This document shows positions 1 through 8,822 of a stretch of 64,000 bases of DNA, one piece after another (positions within the stretch are counted from its first letter, which is position 1; every line of letters begins with the position of its first letter). The stretch lies in IMG/VR virus record IMGVR_UViG_2939127364_000001, one strand, 5' to 3'. The notes beneath the pieces are model-generated. The model was not told the DNA's origin. It did not search any database and saw only the letters and a program-made list of their open reading frames with translations. The translations under genes and the position numbers were made by a program. This stretch comes from a virus. Taxonomy: Duplodnaviria > Heunggongvirae > Uroviricota > Caudoviricetes.

Positions 1-927
1 TTGCGTATAGCTTGCTTTTCACTATCCCACATCATGATCACATTACGTAATCCACGCGCCTTGAGCGTCAGGAACGCGCCCAACTGATCTTCTGCATCCT
101 GAGTGGTGTTACCAGATAGATGCATCCCGAACGTTCCTATCGGTTCCACGTAATCACGTAATGTTTCTTCATCAAAAATAGCTCGTTTAACTCCCATAAC
201 ATCGAACGCCCCCTCACAGACAACTACAGTCTGTTTGCCGACCGCATTATGGCCGTTGTAGAGAAACTTACCTGAAGCTGGAAGCTGCATAGGAAAGAGG
301 TAGCGACGTTCAGCTGTACCGGTAATGTCTCGTCCCTGAAATGTCTTCATTACCCCATCCAGATCGTAAACCGGTATCAGTATTCGCATATCGAATATCT
401 GTCCTTTAACCTGATCTGTATACGGATCTACATAGGCGTGCTTGCCTTCGACGCAGTATCGTAGGTCAAAATACTTTGCCATTTCAGGCGATATGTTTCG
501 TTCAACCAGATAGTCTGGAAGACGGCCATCTATAGGAAGCTCGTAATGACGAGGGAGTGCAACTGGCCCCTCTAACTCGACTGTGCTTGCAAGCACTATC
601 TCTTCTTTCTTTGGTGCCCACCCCTGGGAAAGAAGGGCGTTCTGCACATATTCCTCGAACTGTCGTCGTGATTTGCCGCTGTAGTGCTTGAGGAAGACCA
701 GCTTATTGAACTGAATCTCTTCGGGATGATCACCAGCGAAGCATTTACCGACGCCACTGGTCAGATTGAAATATACCTTCCAGTTGGAGCTGCCGCATAC
801 CGGACACTCCTTGATATTCACTTCACGACCGCGAGCACTCACGCCTCCACGTCGATAAACGATACCTTCAGTGTCCAACCATTGTTCAAAATCTAATTCG
901 GTAATTAGCTCTTTCAGCTCGCTCACG
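1..927 (-). CDS. DNA primase, zinc-finger type (5' part only; gene runs off the window)
   Basis: Reverse-strand translation from GTG at 927 gives VSELKELITELDFEQWLDTEGIVYRRGG...CPVCGSSNWKVYFNLTSGVGKCFAGDHPEE, a CxxC...C zinc-binding primase N-terminus; frame stays open to position 1. Not in the ORF track because it is incomplete. Confidence 0.55.
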
Positions 928-1044
928 ATAATTCCACTTTTAATAGGCAATATTGTGACCAACCTAAATGTTGATATAACATAAAGGCTCATGTGTTTTT
1001 CTTTTGTGGTTTGGCAAAAGAAAAGTTGTTTCACCAATGAATCA

Positions 1045-1077
1045 AGCGTGGAGGCGTTCTCCACGCTTATTTTTTAG
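1045..1077 (+). terminator. Hairpin plus T-run (rho-independent terminator-like) between helicase and primase genes
   Basis: agcgtggag-gcgtt-ctccacgct followed by tatttttt on the + strand; on the - strand the same hairpin directly follows the helicase stop. Confidence 0.4.
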
Positions 1078-2414
1078 GTAACGTCTAAGATTCGCTCAAT
1101 GAAGCGCATTTGTTCGAGGTTTTGTTTAACGCGAATGCTGATCCCTCCCTGCTGGTTACGTGAACCAGCAAAGTAGAGACGAGCCTCTCCTTTCGCTTCT
1201 TCTTCTTCGGTTTTGTTGATCGTTATTACCAGGTCAGCAATACGTACTTTTTCGATGTTGTCGGCAGCGTGCATCATTGTGGCAACTTCTGACGCGCCAC
1301 CTTCACGGTTTGTCTGCGATGCCGTGATACCAGCAACGTTGTGTTTGTCATAAAGAGCACGTAAGTCGGTATAGATACTACGTATGTTGGCGCGATCATC
1401 ACGAAGGTCATAACTGGCACGCATCAAATCTGCATAGTCGACAACAACCATGTCAGGCACCATGCCATTGGCTTTCATGCTGTTAAGCATACGATCCAGA
1501 TCTGCCGGTGACATACTTCCTGACGGACGCTCAACAACCCACAAACTACCAATCCCCTTCGTGGCTCCCAACTCTGCCAACTTACGATGAACCTCATCGC
1601 GCCGTTCCACCAGCTTGGACATTTCTGTCTCCGACAATCTTGCATCAAAACGGTCGGATAAAATGGTGGTGTGAACCTCCAGCGAGAGATACAGAACATT
1701 GTAGCCAGCAAGCGTTGCGTTTATGGAAAACTCACCCATTGCGGTCGATTTACCGGATTTAGCGAACCCCATGAAGAGCACCATTTCACGCTTCGCCCAG
1801 CCTTTTTGGTACAGCAACCTATCGAGCAGAGGGAGTCCAGTTGTAATGCTGTTTGGCACATACTCCTCTGAAGCCTCATATTCACGCGCTTTCAATCGCT
1901 CACTTGCGGAGGTGTAGTAGTCATAGATTCCGGTCGCTTCGTTCGAGCCTATCTGCTGAACCTTGGCCATGATTGCCATCGCCCCCTGAAAGTCGCCCTT
2001 CTCTTTCAGTTCAGCAGCCTTAATCAGAGCATCATCAAACGCTACGCTTTTTGCGAAGGTTGATACCTGGTCAACCATGTACGAGGTATCGGACAATTTT
2101 TCTGCAAGGATGCGCTTAAACGCAGCAACAACATCGGCGAATAGTTCCTCACGGATAGTCTTATCGCGTTTCGCACGCTTAAGCATATCCAGAATTGCAG
2201 ATGAAGAGGGCGCGCTCTTGTACATACGGTAATAGCCCGAAACCATATTAACCAATATGGCATTGGCCGCATTGGCAAATTGGCTAGGTACAACCAGATC
2301 TCCAGCACGAGTAAGAAACTCGTGATCACGACAAAAATAGGCCGTCAATCTGTTCTGAAAATCTTCATCAAACTCTTCGGACAGCCCGCGTCCTGTATGG
2401 CAAAGTTCGGTCAT
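1074..2414 (-). CDS. DnaB-like replicative DNA helicase
   Basis: 446 aa; Walker A GFAKSGKST, DnaB-family C-terminal RecA-like core; AAACAA-N-TTGTTTTCT motif 20 nt upstream of the ATG. Confidence 0.8.
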   Translation of the reverse strand: MTELCHTGRGLSEEFDEDFQNRLTAYFCRDHEFLTRAGDLVVPSQFANAANAILVNMVSGYYRMYKSAPSSSAILDMLKRAKRDKTIREELFADVVAAFKRILAEKLSDTSYMVDQVSTFAKSVAFDDALIKAAELKEKGDFQGAMAIMAKVQQIGSNEATGIYDYYTSASERLKAREYEASEEYVPNSITTGLPLLDRLLYQKGWAKREMVLFMGFAKSGKSTAMGEFSINATLAGYNVLYLSLEVHTTILSDRFDARLSETEMSKLVERRDEVHRKLAELGATKGIGSLWVVERPSGSMSPADLDRMLNSMKANGMVPDMVVVDYADLMRASYDLRDDRANIRSIYTDLRALYDKHNVAGITASQTNREGGASEVATMMHAADNIEKVRIADLVITINKTEEEEAKGEARLYFAGSRNQQGGISIRVKQNLEQMRFIERILDVT

Positions 2415-2433
2415 GTGCTTTCCTTTGTTTTTT

Positions 2434-2449
2434 AAACAAATTGTTTTCT
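2434..2449. promoter_or_regulatory. Motif A (AAACAA-N-TTGTTTTCT) upstream of helicase gene
   Basis: aaacaaattgttttct, 20-35 nt upstream of the helicase start. Confidence 0.4.
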
Positions 2450-2457
2450 AGTATTAG

Positions 2458-3207
2458 TTAATTAGATAGGGGATCAATAAACCGCCGTGCTTCTTCCAGT
2501 TCTTCTGGAAAGTGGGCGGAAATAAGGCGCTCTGGAACGATTTCCATTAGCCAGATAGCGGAGAAAATTGCGCGTATGCGCTTGCTGCGAGGGATGGTGC
2601 GCAAACGCTCCAGAATCCACTCAAAATAGCTTTCCTGAATCGGGTTGAACTGCATGTCTCCCATATGCTTAAAGCTAACGAGAGAGTCATCCAGACGGGT
2701 TGTTGCGCGTCTGGCTAATTTCTCTTCGAATATCTCAATCAGCTCTGGCTGCCATAAATGCTGTGGGCGCGGCAGCTTGTCCCACAGCCGTCGTGCAGCT
2801 GCGGAAAGAACGGTGGAGATAAAGTAGTCGTATGAGCAGCAATAGCGATCCGCAAACTGGCGTGCTTTCCATAGCGACGTTTTGTTGGCAGTCGACAACT
2901 CCTGATAAGGCAGACGTTTTAACCCGGTGGTGAACGGAGCTGTTTCAAAGTGTTCGCGACCGTGCGTCAGCATGATATTTGAGTACTGACGTTTGTATGC
3001 CTCCGTAAAAAGACAGGTGGCCATGAGAGGATGCATGTCGCGGTAATCAAACCACTTCGTCTCGAAGAGTTCAGCCTCGTCTTTACAGCGCGACAAACCA
3101 ATGTTTTCAGCGACCCACTTGTCCATAACAGCGGTATTCCACTCTGTCATGAAGTCGTACTGGTCGTTGTCGATGGTATCGAAAAAGATTTGGCTCATGT
3201 GGCTCAC
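2458..3207 (-). CDS. Hypothetical protein (replication-module associated)
   Basis: 249-aa ORF; track start is GTG at 3207, an ATG at 3198 is an alternative. No recognisable motif. Confidence 0.5.
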   Translation of the reverse strand: MSHMSQIFFDTIDNDQYDFMTEWNTAVMDKWVAENIGLSRCKDEAELFETKWFDYRDMHPLMATCLFTEAYKRQYSNIMLTHGREHFETAPFTTGLKRLPYQELSTANKTSLWKARQFADRYCCSYDYFISTVLSAAARRLWDKLPRPQHLWQPELIEIFEEKLARRATTRLDDSLVSFKHMGDMQFNPIQESYFEWILERLRTIPRSKRIRAIFSAIWLMEIVPERLISAHFPEELEEARRFIDPLSN

Positions 3208-3214
3208 CTGGCAG

Positions 3215-3233
3215 GTAGTTACTTACTTATCAC
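3215..3233. promoter_or_regulatory. Motif B (TACTTA/TAAGTA family) upstream of the 2458..3207 gene
   Basis: gtagttacttacttatcac immediately upstream of the start codon. Confidence 0.3.
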
Positions 3234-3308
3234 AATGAGCGGATGATAGCGACTGGTGGCAGTTTTTGGAAGTGGAAACGGAAGGGAGTTGTTCTGGTGG
3301 TGTCTTTT

Positions 3309-3370
3309 AAAAGACCTGCTTCCGTATATATTTAATAAGTTACTTATTATTTATATATACAGAAACAGGC
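3309..3370. repeat. Palindromic AT-rich element, copy 1 (50 bp identical to 35954..36003)
   Basis: cctgcttccgtatatatttaataagttacttattatttatatatacagaa at 3315..3364 is identical to 35954..36003; the AT-rich core is itself near-palindromic. Confidence 0.6.
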
Positions 3371-3480
3371 ATAACTTGTCGTCTTAGACGCCCAGAAGCT
3401 CTACACTTTGAGCCTGTTAAATTGATTAAAAACTTATGTGTAAAATAGAACGCATTAGTCAGTAGCAAAGAGATGCAATA

Positions 3481-4248
3481 ATGGACGATTTATCGGTATA
3501 CGCGAGATCATTGGATAAGGCTAAATACTATGTTTACTGTCTCTATGATACAGAAGACAAGATGAAAAGACCGTTTTACATAGGAAAAGGCAAATCGACT
3601 CGTTGTCTCGATCACATCAAGTATCCCGATGACTCTCCCAAATCCATGCGGATCAAAGAACTTTTGGCTAATAAAAAATTAGGCATAGATATACTTCGTC
3701 ATGGTATGGATGAAACCACAGCCAAACTTGTTGAGGCGACATGCATCGACCTTATGGGGGTCGGAGAGCTTACGAATAAGGTACGAGGAAGTGGTTCCAT
3801 GATGGGCAGAATATCACTGGACGCCTACCATCACTTAGTGCTGCAAGAGGAAACTGAAATTGCTCCTGAGCACGCCGGTCTTGCCTTCCTGCTAAACAGC
3901 ACCTACAAGTCAGGAATGTCCGCTCTGGCATTATATGAAGCTACGCGTGGCGTATGGGCAAAGGTTCCAAGAGACGAGAATCTCAAATATGCCTACGCTA
4001 CATATGGTGGGCTGATAATGGAAGTTTATCAGATTGAATGCTGGGTCAAAGCCGGTTCTCAGCAGTACTTTACAAGGGATATAGCTCTTGGCCCCGACAC
4101 AAAACGTTATGAATTTGTTGGCAGAATAGCCGATGAGCATATTAGAAAACTGTATGTAGGCAAATTAATCAAGAAGCCACCAAGCTACGGTAGCCCTTTT
4201 GTGAAGGTTGGGGTGGTTAGGACTGAACATAGTGTTAGCGCGGCATAA
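3481..4248 (+). CDS. GIY-YIG domain nuclease (free-standing, possible homing endonuclease)
   Basis: 255 aa; N-terminus YVYCLYD-(10)-PFYIGKGKSTRCLDH matches the GIY...YIG...R signature; own transcription unit on the opposite strand to its neighbours. Confidence 0.6.
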   Translation: MDDLSVYARSLDKAKYYVYCLYDTEDKMKRPFYIGKGKSTRCLDHIKYPDDSPKSMRIKELLANKKLGIDILRHGMDETTAKLVEATCIDLMGVGELTNKVRGSGSMMGRISLDAYHHLVLQEETEIAPEHAGLAFLLNSTYKSGMSALALYEATRGVWAKVPRDENLKYAYATYGGLIMEVYQIECWVKAGSQQYFTRDIALGPDTKRYEFVGRIADEHIRKLYVGKLIKKPPSYGSPFVKVGVVRTEHSVSAA

Positions 4249-4264
4249 AGCTGACACTGTAGTT

Positions 4265-4302
4265 ATGCATTGGCGCAATGTACGCGCCAATGCATGATTT
4301 TT
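4265..4302 (+). terminator. Strong hairpin terminator at convergent junction
   Basis: 12-bp perfect stem atgcattggcgc / gcgccaatgcat with a 7-nt loop, followed by gattttt. Confidence 0.6.
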
Positions 4303-4660
4303 AACCTTTCTTCATCAACTCGCGTTTAATTTCATCGGTACGCATCGTGACATCGGCAGCAGTGATCGCCTCGTTCAGCTTCACGATGTCCTCGATTTCC
4401 TGCGGTGTCTTCTCCGCAAGATGGAAAATAGCAGCACGAATCACATCAGAGCGGGTGAATTTCTCAAAGCGAGGGATGAACTTCATCATCTCCAGCAGTT
4501 CGAAGTATTCGTCTTCCAGTGACATTGTGCGGCTTTTGATTTTCTCTTTGCCACGAGTCGGGCGTCCCTGTGGTCTGACTGGTTGGCGCAAAGGAGTTGT
4601 GTTCTTAGCCGGTGCATCAGGCTCTTTGCGCTTTGCTAGGTCTCCCATTCTCATGGACAT
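4301..4660 (-). CDS. Small partition partner protein (ParG/RHH-like centromere-binding candidate)
   Basis: 119 aa, basic N-terminus, immediately downstream of and overlapping parA by 1 nt. Confidence 0.45.
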   Translation of the reverse strand: MSMRMGDLAKRKEPDAPAKNTTPLRQPVRPQGRPTRGKEKIKSRTMSLEDEYFELLEMMKFIPRFEKFTRSDVIRAAIFHLAEKTPQEIEDIVKLNEAITAADVTMRTDEIKRELMKKG

Positions 4661-5325
4661 TATTCTTCCTCCAGACTCAAGATGTAATCTACAAACTCTT
4701 CGAACTCGGCTTCTGCCTTCTTATCGCGTTCAGCGCCAGTCATTTCAAAGATAGAACGACCTGCCTCTTCCGCATCGTCATAAACGTTACGGTTGTACAG
4801 GTTAACCGGCGCAGCCTCGATGCCGAAAGTTTCGACAATTTCCTTCGCGGCCAGAATACGTGATACCTGGGAAGGCAATGACGGACACTGGTTTATTACC
4901 GCGCGGATCTTAACTTTCTCGTTCACATTGCGAACGTTGTCGATAATCGGGTCGATATCACGCAGAGATTTCAAATCACGACGTTTAGGGCGCAGCGGGA
5001 TGATGATTACATCAGCCATAAGCATCGCCAGACGCTGAATTTCGGAGTCAAAGCCACCAGCATCTACCACTACAAACTCAGCTCTACCCTGAAGCGATTT
5101 TAGGTGCTTAATGATGTCATCCTGAACGTATGCAAAAGGAATCAGCTCAAGGTCTTCGTTCTGTCGACGGTCTTCACACCAGCTCGTTGTCGTGCGCTGA
5201 ATATCTATATCGGTAATATAAACCTTCTTCTTCTTTTTGACTTTCAGGCAAACGGCAATTTGCTGGGCAACGGTGGATTTGCCAGGCCCGCCCTTTGTGC
5301 CGCCAACCACAAAGATCTTGGTCAT
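4660..5325 (-). CDS. parA: ParA-family partition ATPase (small type Ib-like)
   Basis: 221 aa; deviant Walker A GGTKGGPGKST at the N-terminus; motif A 36 nt upstream. Confidence 0.75.
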   Translation of the reverse strand: MTKIFVVGGTKGGPGKSTVAQQIAVCLKVKKKKKVYITDIDIQRTTTSWCEDRRQNEDLELIPFAYVQDDIIKHLKSLQGRAEFVVVDAGGFDSEIQRLAMLMADVIIIPLRPKRRDLKSLRDIDPIIDNVRNVNEKVKIRAVINQCPSLPSQVSRILAAKEIVETFGIEAAPVNLYNRNVYDDAEEAGRSIFEMTGAERDKKAEAEFEEFVDYILSLEEE

Positions 5326-5360
5326 TGGAGAGTTCCCTTTGCGTATATAATTATCGTCTG

Positions 5361-5376
5361 AAACAACTTGTTTTCT
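5361..5376. promoter_or_regulatory. Motif A upstream of parA
   Basis: aaacaacttgttttct. Confidence 0.4.
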
Positions 5377-5604
5377 TATATGTGATATAGCCTAAATGCC
5401 TACGGCTGCGGTGTAAAGGTTAAATGGTAGGTTGTGATTAACAATTGGCAATCATAGCTTGTATTTGTCTGTTGAAAAAAGTAACAATGACCTCTATATT
5501 ACAAGTACGGTGATATGCCGTACACAATTTGATAATGCACACGTAATGGGCTATAGCCTTTTAAAGTAATTTTTGAGTCGAAAACTCAGTTTGAACAGAG
5601 GAGA

Positions 5605-5913
5605 TTGATGGCCTTCCTACATCACGGCCATCAGGAGGAATACATGTCAGCACTAAAAAAGCAGCGCATCGATTTGAGATTAACCGATGACGATAAAAGC
5701 ATCATCGAGGAAGCTGCCGCAATGTCTAACCAGAGCATTACTCAGTTTATGGTTAGCAGTGCATCTGAACGTGCCGTGAAAGTTATAGAGCAACACCGTA
5801 GACTAGTTCTGAATGAAGAATCCTGGAATCTGGTTATGGACGCTATAAGCAATCCTCCGGCACCGAACGACAAGCTGAAACGAGCTGCTGATCGTCTGAA
5901 AAGCATGGAGTAG
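5605..5913 (+). CDS. DUF1778-type RHH antitoxin (AtaR/TacA-like)
   Basis: About 90-102 aa, ...KKQRIDLRLTDDDKSIIEEAA..., directly upstream of and 8 nt from a GNAT toxin-like gene; true start may be the internal ATG near 5644. Confidence 0.6.
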   Translation: MMAFLHHGHQEEYMSALKKQRIDLRLTDDDKSIIEEAAAMSNQSITQFMVSSASERAVKVIEQHRRLVLNEESWNLVMDAISNPPAPNDKLKRAADRLKSME

Positions 5914-5920
5914 TTTACTC

Positions 5921-6442
5921 GTGAGCAATACAACGATAGAGATTTTCTCTGGAGAGAAAGATTATGATCTAAACGGTTTTGATTGCGGCGAAGAGTCACT
6001 AAACGCCTTTTTAGCCAACCACTTAAAAAGGCAGCATGAGGGAAAAATTCTTCGTGCTTATGTGCTTTGCACTCAAGAAGAAAGGCCAAAAGTGTTAGGA
6101 TATTACACTTTGTCAGGTAGTTGTTTTGAAAAGGAGTCCTTACCTTCAAGAAGCAAACAAAAGAAGGTTCCTTATCGGAATGTTCCAAGTGTTACTTTGG
6201 GTAGGCTGGCTTTGGACAAGTCCCTTCAAGGTCAAGGATTTGGCTCAATGCTTGTAACACATGCAATGCGCGTTGTGTACAATGCATCTCTTGCTGTAGG
6301 CATTCATGGACTTTTCGTTGAGGCGTTAAATGACAAAGCCAAGGCGTTTTATAAAAGTTTAGACTTTATCCAGCTGGTTGGTAACAACGAGCGTTCTTTG
6401 TTCTATCCTACAAAATCTATCGAAAAATTGTTCGAAGAATAA
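5921..6442 (+). CDS. GNAT-family acetyltransferase toxin (AtaT/TacT-like)
   Basis: 173 aa, GTG start; GNAT core LGRLALDKSLQGQGFGSMLV; classic antitoxin-then-toxin arrangement. Confidence 0.65.
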   Translation: MSNTTIEIFSGEKDYDLNGFDCGEESLNAFLANHLKRQHEGKILRAYVLCTQEERPKVLGYYTLSGSCFEKESLPSRSKQKKVPYRNVPSVTLGRLALDKSLQGQGFGSMLVTHAMRVVYNASLAVGIHGLFVEALNDKAKAFYKSLDFIQLVGNNERSLFYPTKSIEKLFEE

Positions 6443-6445
6443 TGT

Positions 6446-6467
6446 GTTCCCCTCATTTGAGGGGAAC
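6446..6467. terminator. Bidirectional hairpin between convergent toxin gene and lysis-like cassette
   Basis: gttcccctc-attt-gaggggaac, perfect 9-bp stem. Confidence 0.4.
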
Positions 6468-6610
6468 TTCGACATCACCAACCACAAACCCTCTCTCCCA
6501 TCGTATTGTGAAAAAGGATTTGGCGTTCGGTTTCTTCAGTCATTACATCATTATTGCTGATATAGATAGGCTCAGCCCCATCGCAGAACAACACGCTGGT
6601 GGTTTGTGGT

Positions 6611-6862
6611 TTAATGACGCACCCACTTATCATACAACTCACGATGAACGGCAGAAGCATCTTTCTGACGTATTTTACTGCTCGTCTCATTCACCACTTT
6701 CACTGTGTTTTGAAGTCGTTTTCTGTCTTCCTGTTTTGCCTTCTCTTCCATTGCTCGTCGCGCCGCATTCCCGCCCATCGTGTAAGCGCCGACAAAAACG
6801 AAAAGAACGGCAGCCAGCGTAATCAAAGCAACTTTTAGCTTTGTCATCAGGCTGCCTAGCAT
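6611..6862 (-). CDS. Small membrane protein with N-terminal TM segment and charged coiled-coil tail (spanin/holin-like candidate)
   Basis: 83 aa; hydrophobic LKVALITLAAVLFVFVGAYT followed by KAKQEDRKRLQ. Confidence 0.4.
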   Translation of the reverse strand: MLGSLMTKLKVALITLAAVLFVFVGAYTMGGNAARRAMEEKAKQEDRKRLQNTVKVVNETSSKIRQKDASAVHRELYDKWVRH

Positions 6863-6863
6863 A

Positions 6864-7583
6864 TTAGACCATCCCTTTCTGGTGTCTTCTTACCTGCGAC
6901 CAGGCAATGAATCCGGCCACAACAATAGTGGCAATGCCGAAGATGATGCGTACTGTATCCCCGCTAGAGATATGACCTTGTGCCTTATCCATAGCAGCGG
7001 AAACCTGCGGCATAACATCGGCCAGCTGCGCCAGACCAATACCTGCTGTAACAGTTGCGCCTGCGGTTTCTTTAGTTACAGGAACAGCCTTCACGGTTTT
7101 CACCGGCTTAACAACGCCAGCTCGACGCAGACCTTCCTCAATAACTTCTGCCGCATACCAGGTGTTCAGCGTTTTTAGCGGGCCTCGGCCATTCTCGTGG
7201 CGAATGATTGCCTCAACCAAAGGTCGAAGGATGTCGTAATCATGCAGATCGATGATCATGTCTGCGGTTACACCAACGGCTTTAGACACCTCATTAATGT
7301 AGGCGTCAGTATTGTTTTCATTCGGCGGTGCCCAGCGTTCAATAACTTCACGAATGGTATCGATACTTGTGCCGTCTTTTGCGCGACGTTTATCGTGGTA
7401 GGTAATTAGAGTCACCGCCAGCGCACGAATCCCCCAAACAGGGTCTTTAAACGTGCAAAAGCGCGGTTCGTCTGGATTCGCAACCAGACCTTGCCACGGT
7501 GATCCTTTATCAAGATTACCGGGGTTATTATTACGAATGCCTCTCGGGGTCTTCATCCTTGATCTCCTGTTATTGCAGTCCAC
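6864..7583 (-). CDS. Hypothetical protein with C-terminal TM anchor (possible cell-wall-active or lysis protein; family not recognised)
   Basis: 239 aa; N-terminal RGIRNNNPGNLDKGSPWQG motif, C-terminal hydrophobic IIFGIATIVVAGFIAW; likely true start at internal ATG ~7556. Confidence 0.45.
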   Translation of the reverse strand: MDCNNRRSRMKTPRGIRNNNPGNLDKGSPWQGLVANPDEPRFCTFKDPVWGIRALAVTLITYHDKRRAKDGTSIDTIREVIERWAPPNENNTDAYINEVSKAVGVTADMIIDLHDYDILRPLVEAIIRHENGRGPLKTLNTWYAAEVIEEGLRRAGVVKPVKTVKAVPVTKETAGATVTAGIGLAQLADVMPQVSAAMDKAQGHISSGDTVRIIFGIATIVVAGFIAWSQVRRHQKGMV

Positions 7584-7905
7584 TTTTTACGCCATACGCG
7601 GCTAACCCCAAAAGCAGTGCGGTAATAATGAACGACGTTATTTTAGAAACAATGCCGCCAAAGAACCCACTTGAGATGGAATCTAACCGGTTAAGGAGTT
7701 TGTCCAGATTGGAGTGTTGAATACTATGTTGCGCCGGGGTCATATCACCAAAGTAGGTTTTCAGCTGATCATTGACCTCCTGGCCAATTTCTTCACGTAG
7801 CTCTTTACCTAATTTGCCAACAACCTCCCGAGCAACGATCGCGGCAATACGCTCAACTTGCTCTGTTGTAACGCCCGCCATCTCGTTCGACATGTTTTCC
7901 TCCAT
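7570..7905 (-). CDS. Small protein with C-terminal TM segment (holin-like candidate)
   Basis: 111 aa; C-terminus KITSFIITALLLGLAAYGV. Confidence 0.45.
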   Translation of the reverse strand: MEENMSNEMAGVTTEQVERIAAIVAREVVGKLGKELREEIGQEVNDQLKTYFGDMTPAQHSIQHSNLDKLLNRLDSISSGFFGGIVSKITSFIITALLLGLAAYGVKSGLQ

Positions 7906-7923
7906 GAAAAGTCAAATCGGGAT

Positions 7924-7947
7924 GGCGGTTTTATATCATAAAACGCC
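7924..7947 (-). terminator. Hairpin after the tail fibre genes
   Basis: ggcggtttta-tatca-taaaacgcc; on the - strand followed by a U-rich stretch. Confidence 0.35.
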
Positions 7948-7956
7948 CACACTTGG

Positions 7957-7976
7957 TAGGTAAGTACTTACACATG
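7957..7976. promoter_or_regulatory. Motif B, perfect palindrome GTAAGTACTTAC
   Basis: ggtaggtaagtacttacaca, overlapping the stop of the Gly-rich protein gene. Confidence 0.35.
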
Positions 7977-8813
7977 AGCGCCGTAAATTGCCCCAGCTTT
8001 AGTCCATGTAGGCGCGTTGCCAGTTACGGCTTTACCAGCTGCCCCGCCGCCGTACATTGTCCCCAATCGTCCAGTAGCAGCAGCACCAGCGGCACCTACA
8101 TTACCTCCACTGCCGCATGTGTATTGAACAGCGGTAGAGCCGATCAAATATTGAGCACCAATCCCGGGAGCGGTTAGAGTGCCAGAAGTTGCCGCACGCG
8201 AAGTTGAAGCTGGCGGCCTTGTAGTGTTTGCAACACCAAACGGGCGACCGCCACCACCCATACCACCATCGGCTGAGTTACCGCCGCCACCACCGCCACC
8301 ACCGGCAATAGCGCCGTTATTGGTTATTCTTAAACGAGTCCCAATCCCGTTGTTAATAGCAGTGCCACCGGCAGCACCGCCACCTTTAACGCCACCATTA
8401 CCGCCACGGCCATAGACAGTTACACCTGCGTTGATTACAAGGCTGATATAAGAGTTGGTAAGTGAACTCGGGAAATCTAAACATGGCACGCCGCTACTGG
8501 ACGACACCAGATCCCCTGTAATGGTAACAACGACTGGCGTCGCCCCCTGGGATTTTAAATAGTTGATCAGTGTGTCTTTGTTGTAGTTATGATTCGCACC
8601 GATGCTGTACTGAACTTCTTTAGATCGCCCGGCCATTTGAGACATTGAACCAGCCGCTGGCAGTTGCACCGCCGTTCGAGCCGCACTCATCCATCTCTGG
8701 CCTGTCACACTGACAGCCGAAGACCCAATCCAACCGGGAACACCGACAATTGGCACATCTAATCTCCTTTTTGATGTGAATATCCTGAATTGGTGAGGGT
8801 GGCCCCTCACCAT
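7968..8813 (-). CDS. Glycine-rich tail-fibre-associated protein
   Basis: Gly-rich runs (GGGGGGGG, GGNGGVKGGGAAGG); immediately downstream of the long tail fibre gene; probable GTG start near 8756 after an AGGAG site. Confidence 0.5.
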   Translation of the reverse strand: MVRGHPHQFRIFTSKRRLDVPIVGVPGWIGSSAVSVTGQRWMSAARTAVQLPAAGSMSQMAGRSKEVQYSIGANHNYNKDTLINYLKSQGATPVVVTITGDLVSSSSGVPCLDFPSSLTNSYISLVINAGVTVYGRGGNGGVKGGGAAGGTAINNGIGTRLRITNNGAIAGGGGGGGGNSADGGMGGGGRPFGVANTTRPPASTSRAATSGTLTAPGIGAQYLIGSTAVQYTCGSGGNVGAAGAAATGRLGTMYGGGAAGKAVTGNAPTWTKAGAIYGAHV

Positions 8814-8822
8814 TCACCTTGA

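Noticed and set aside
684-896. 70-aa + strand ORF near the window start
   Set aside because: Lies entirely inside the - strand primase reading frame, which has a clear zinc-finger motif.
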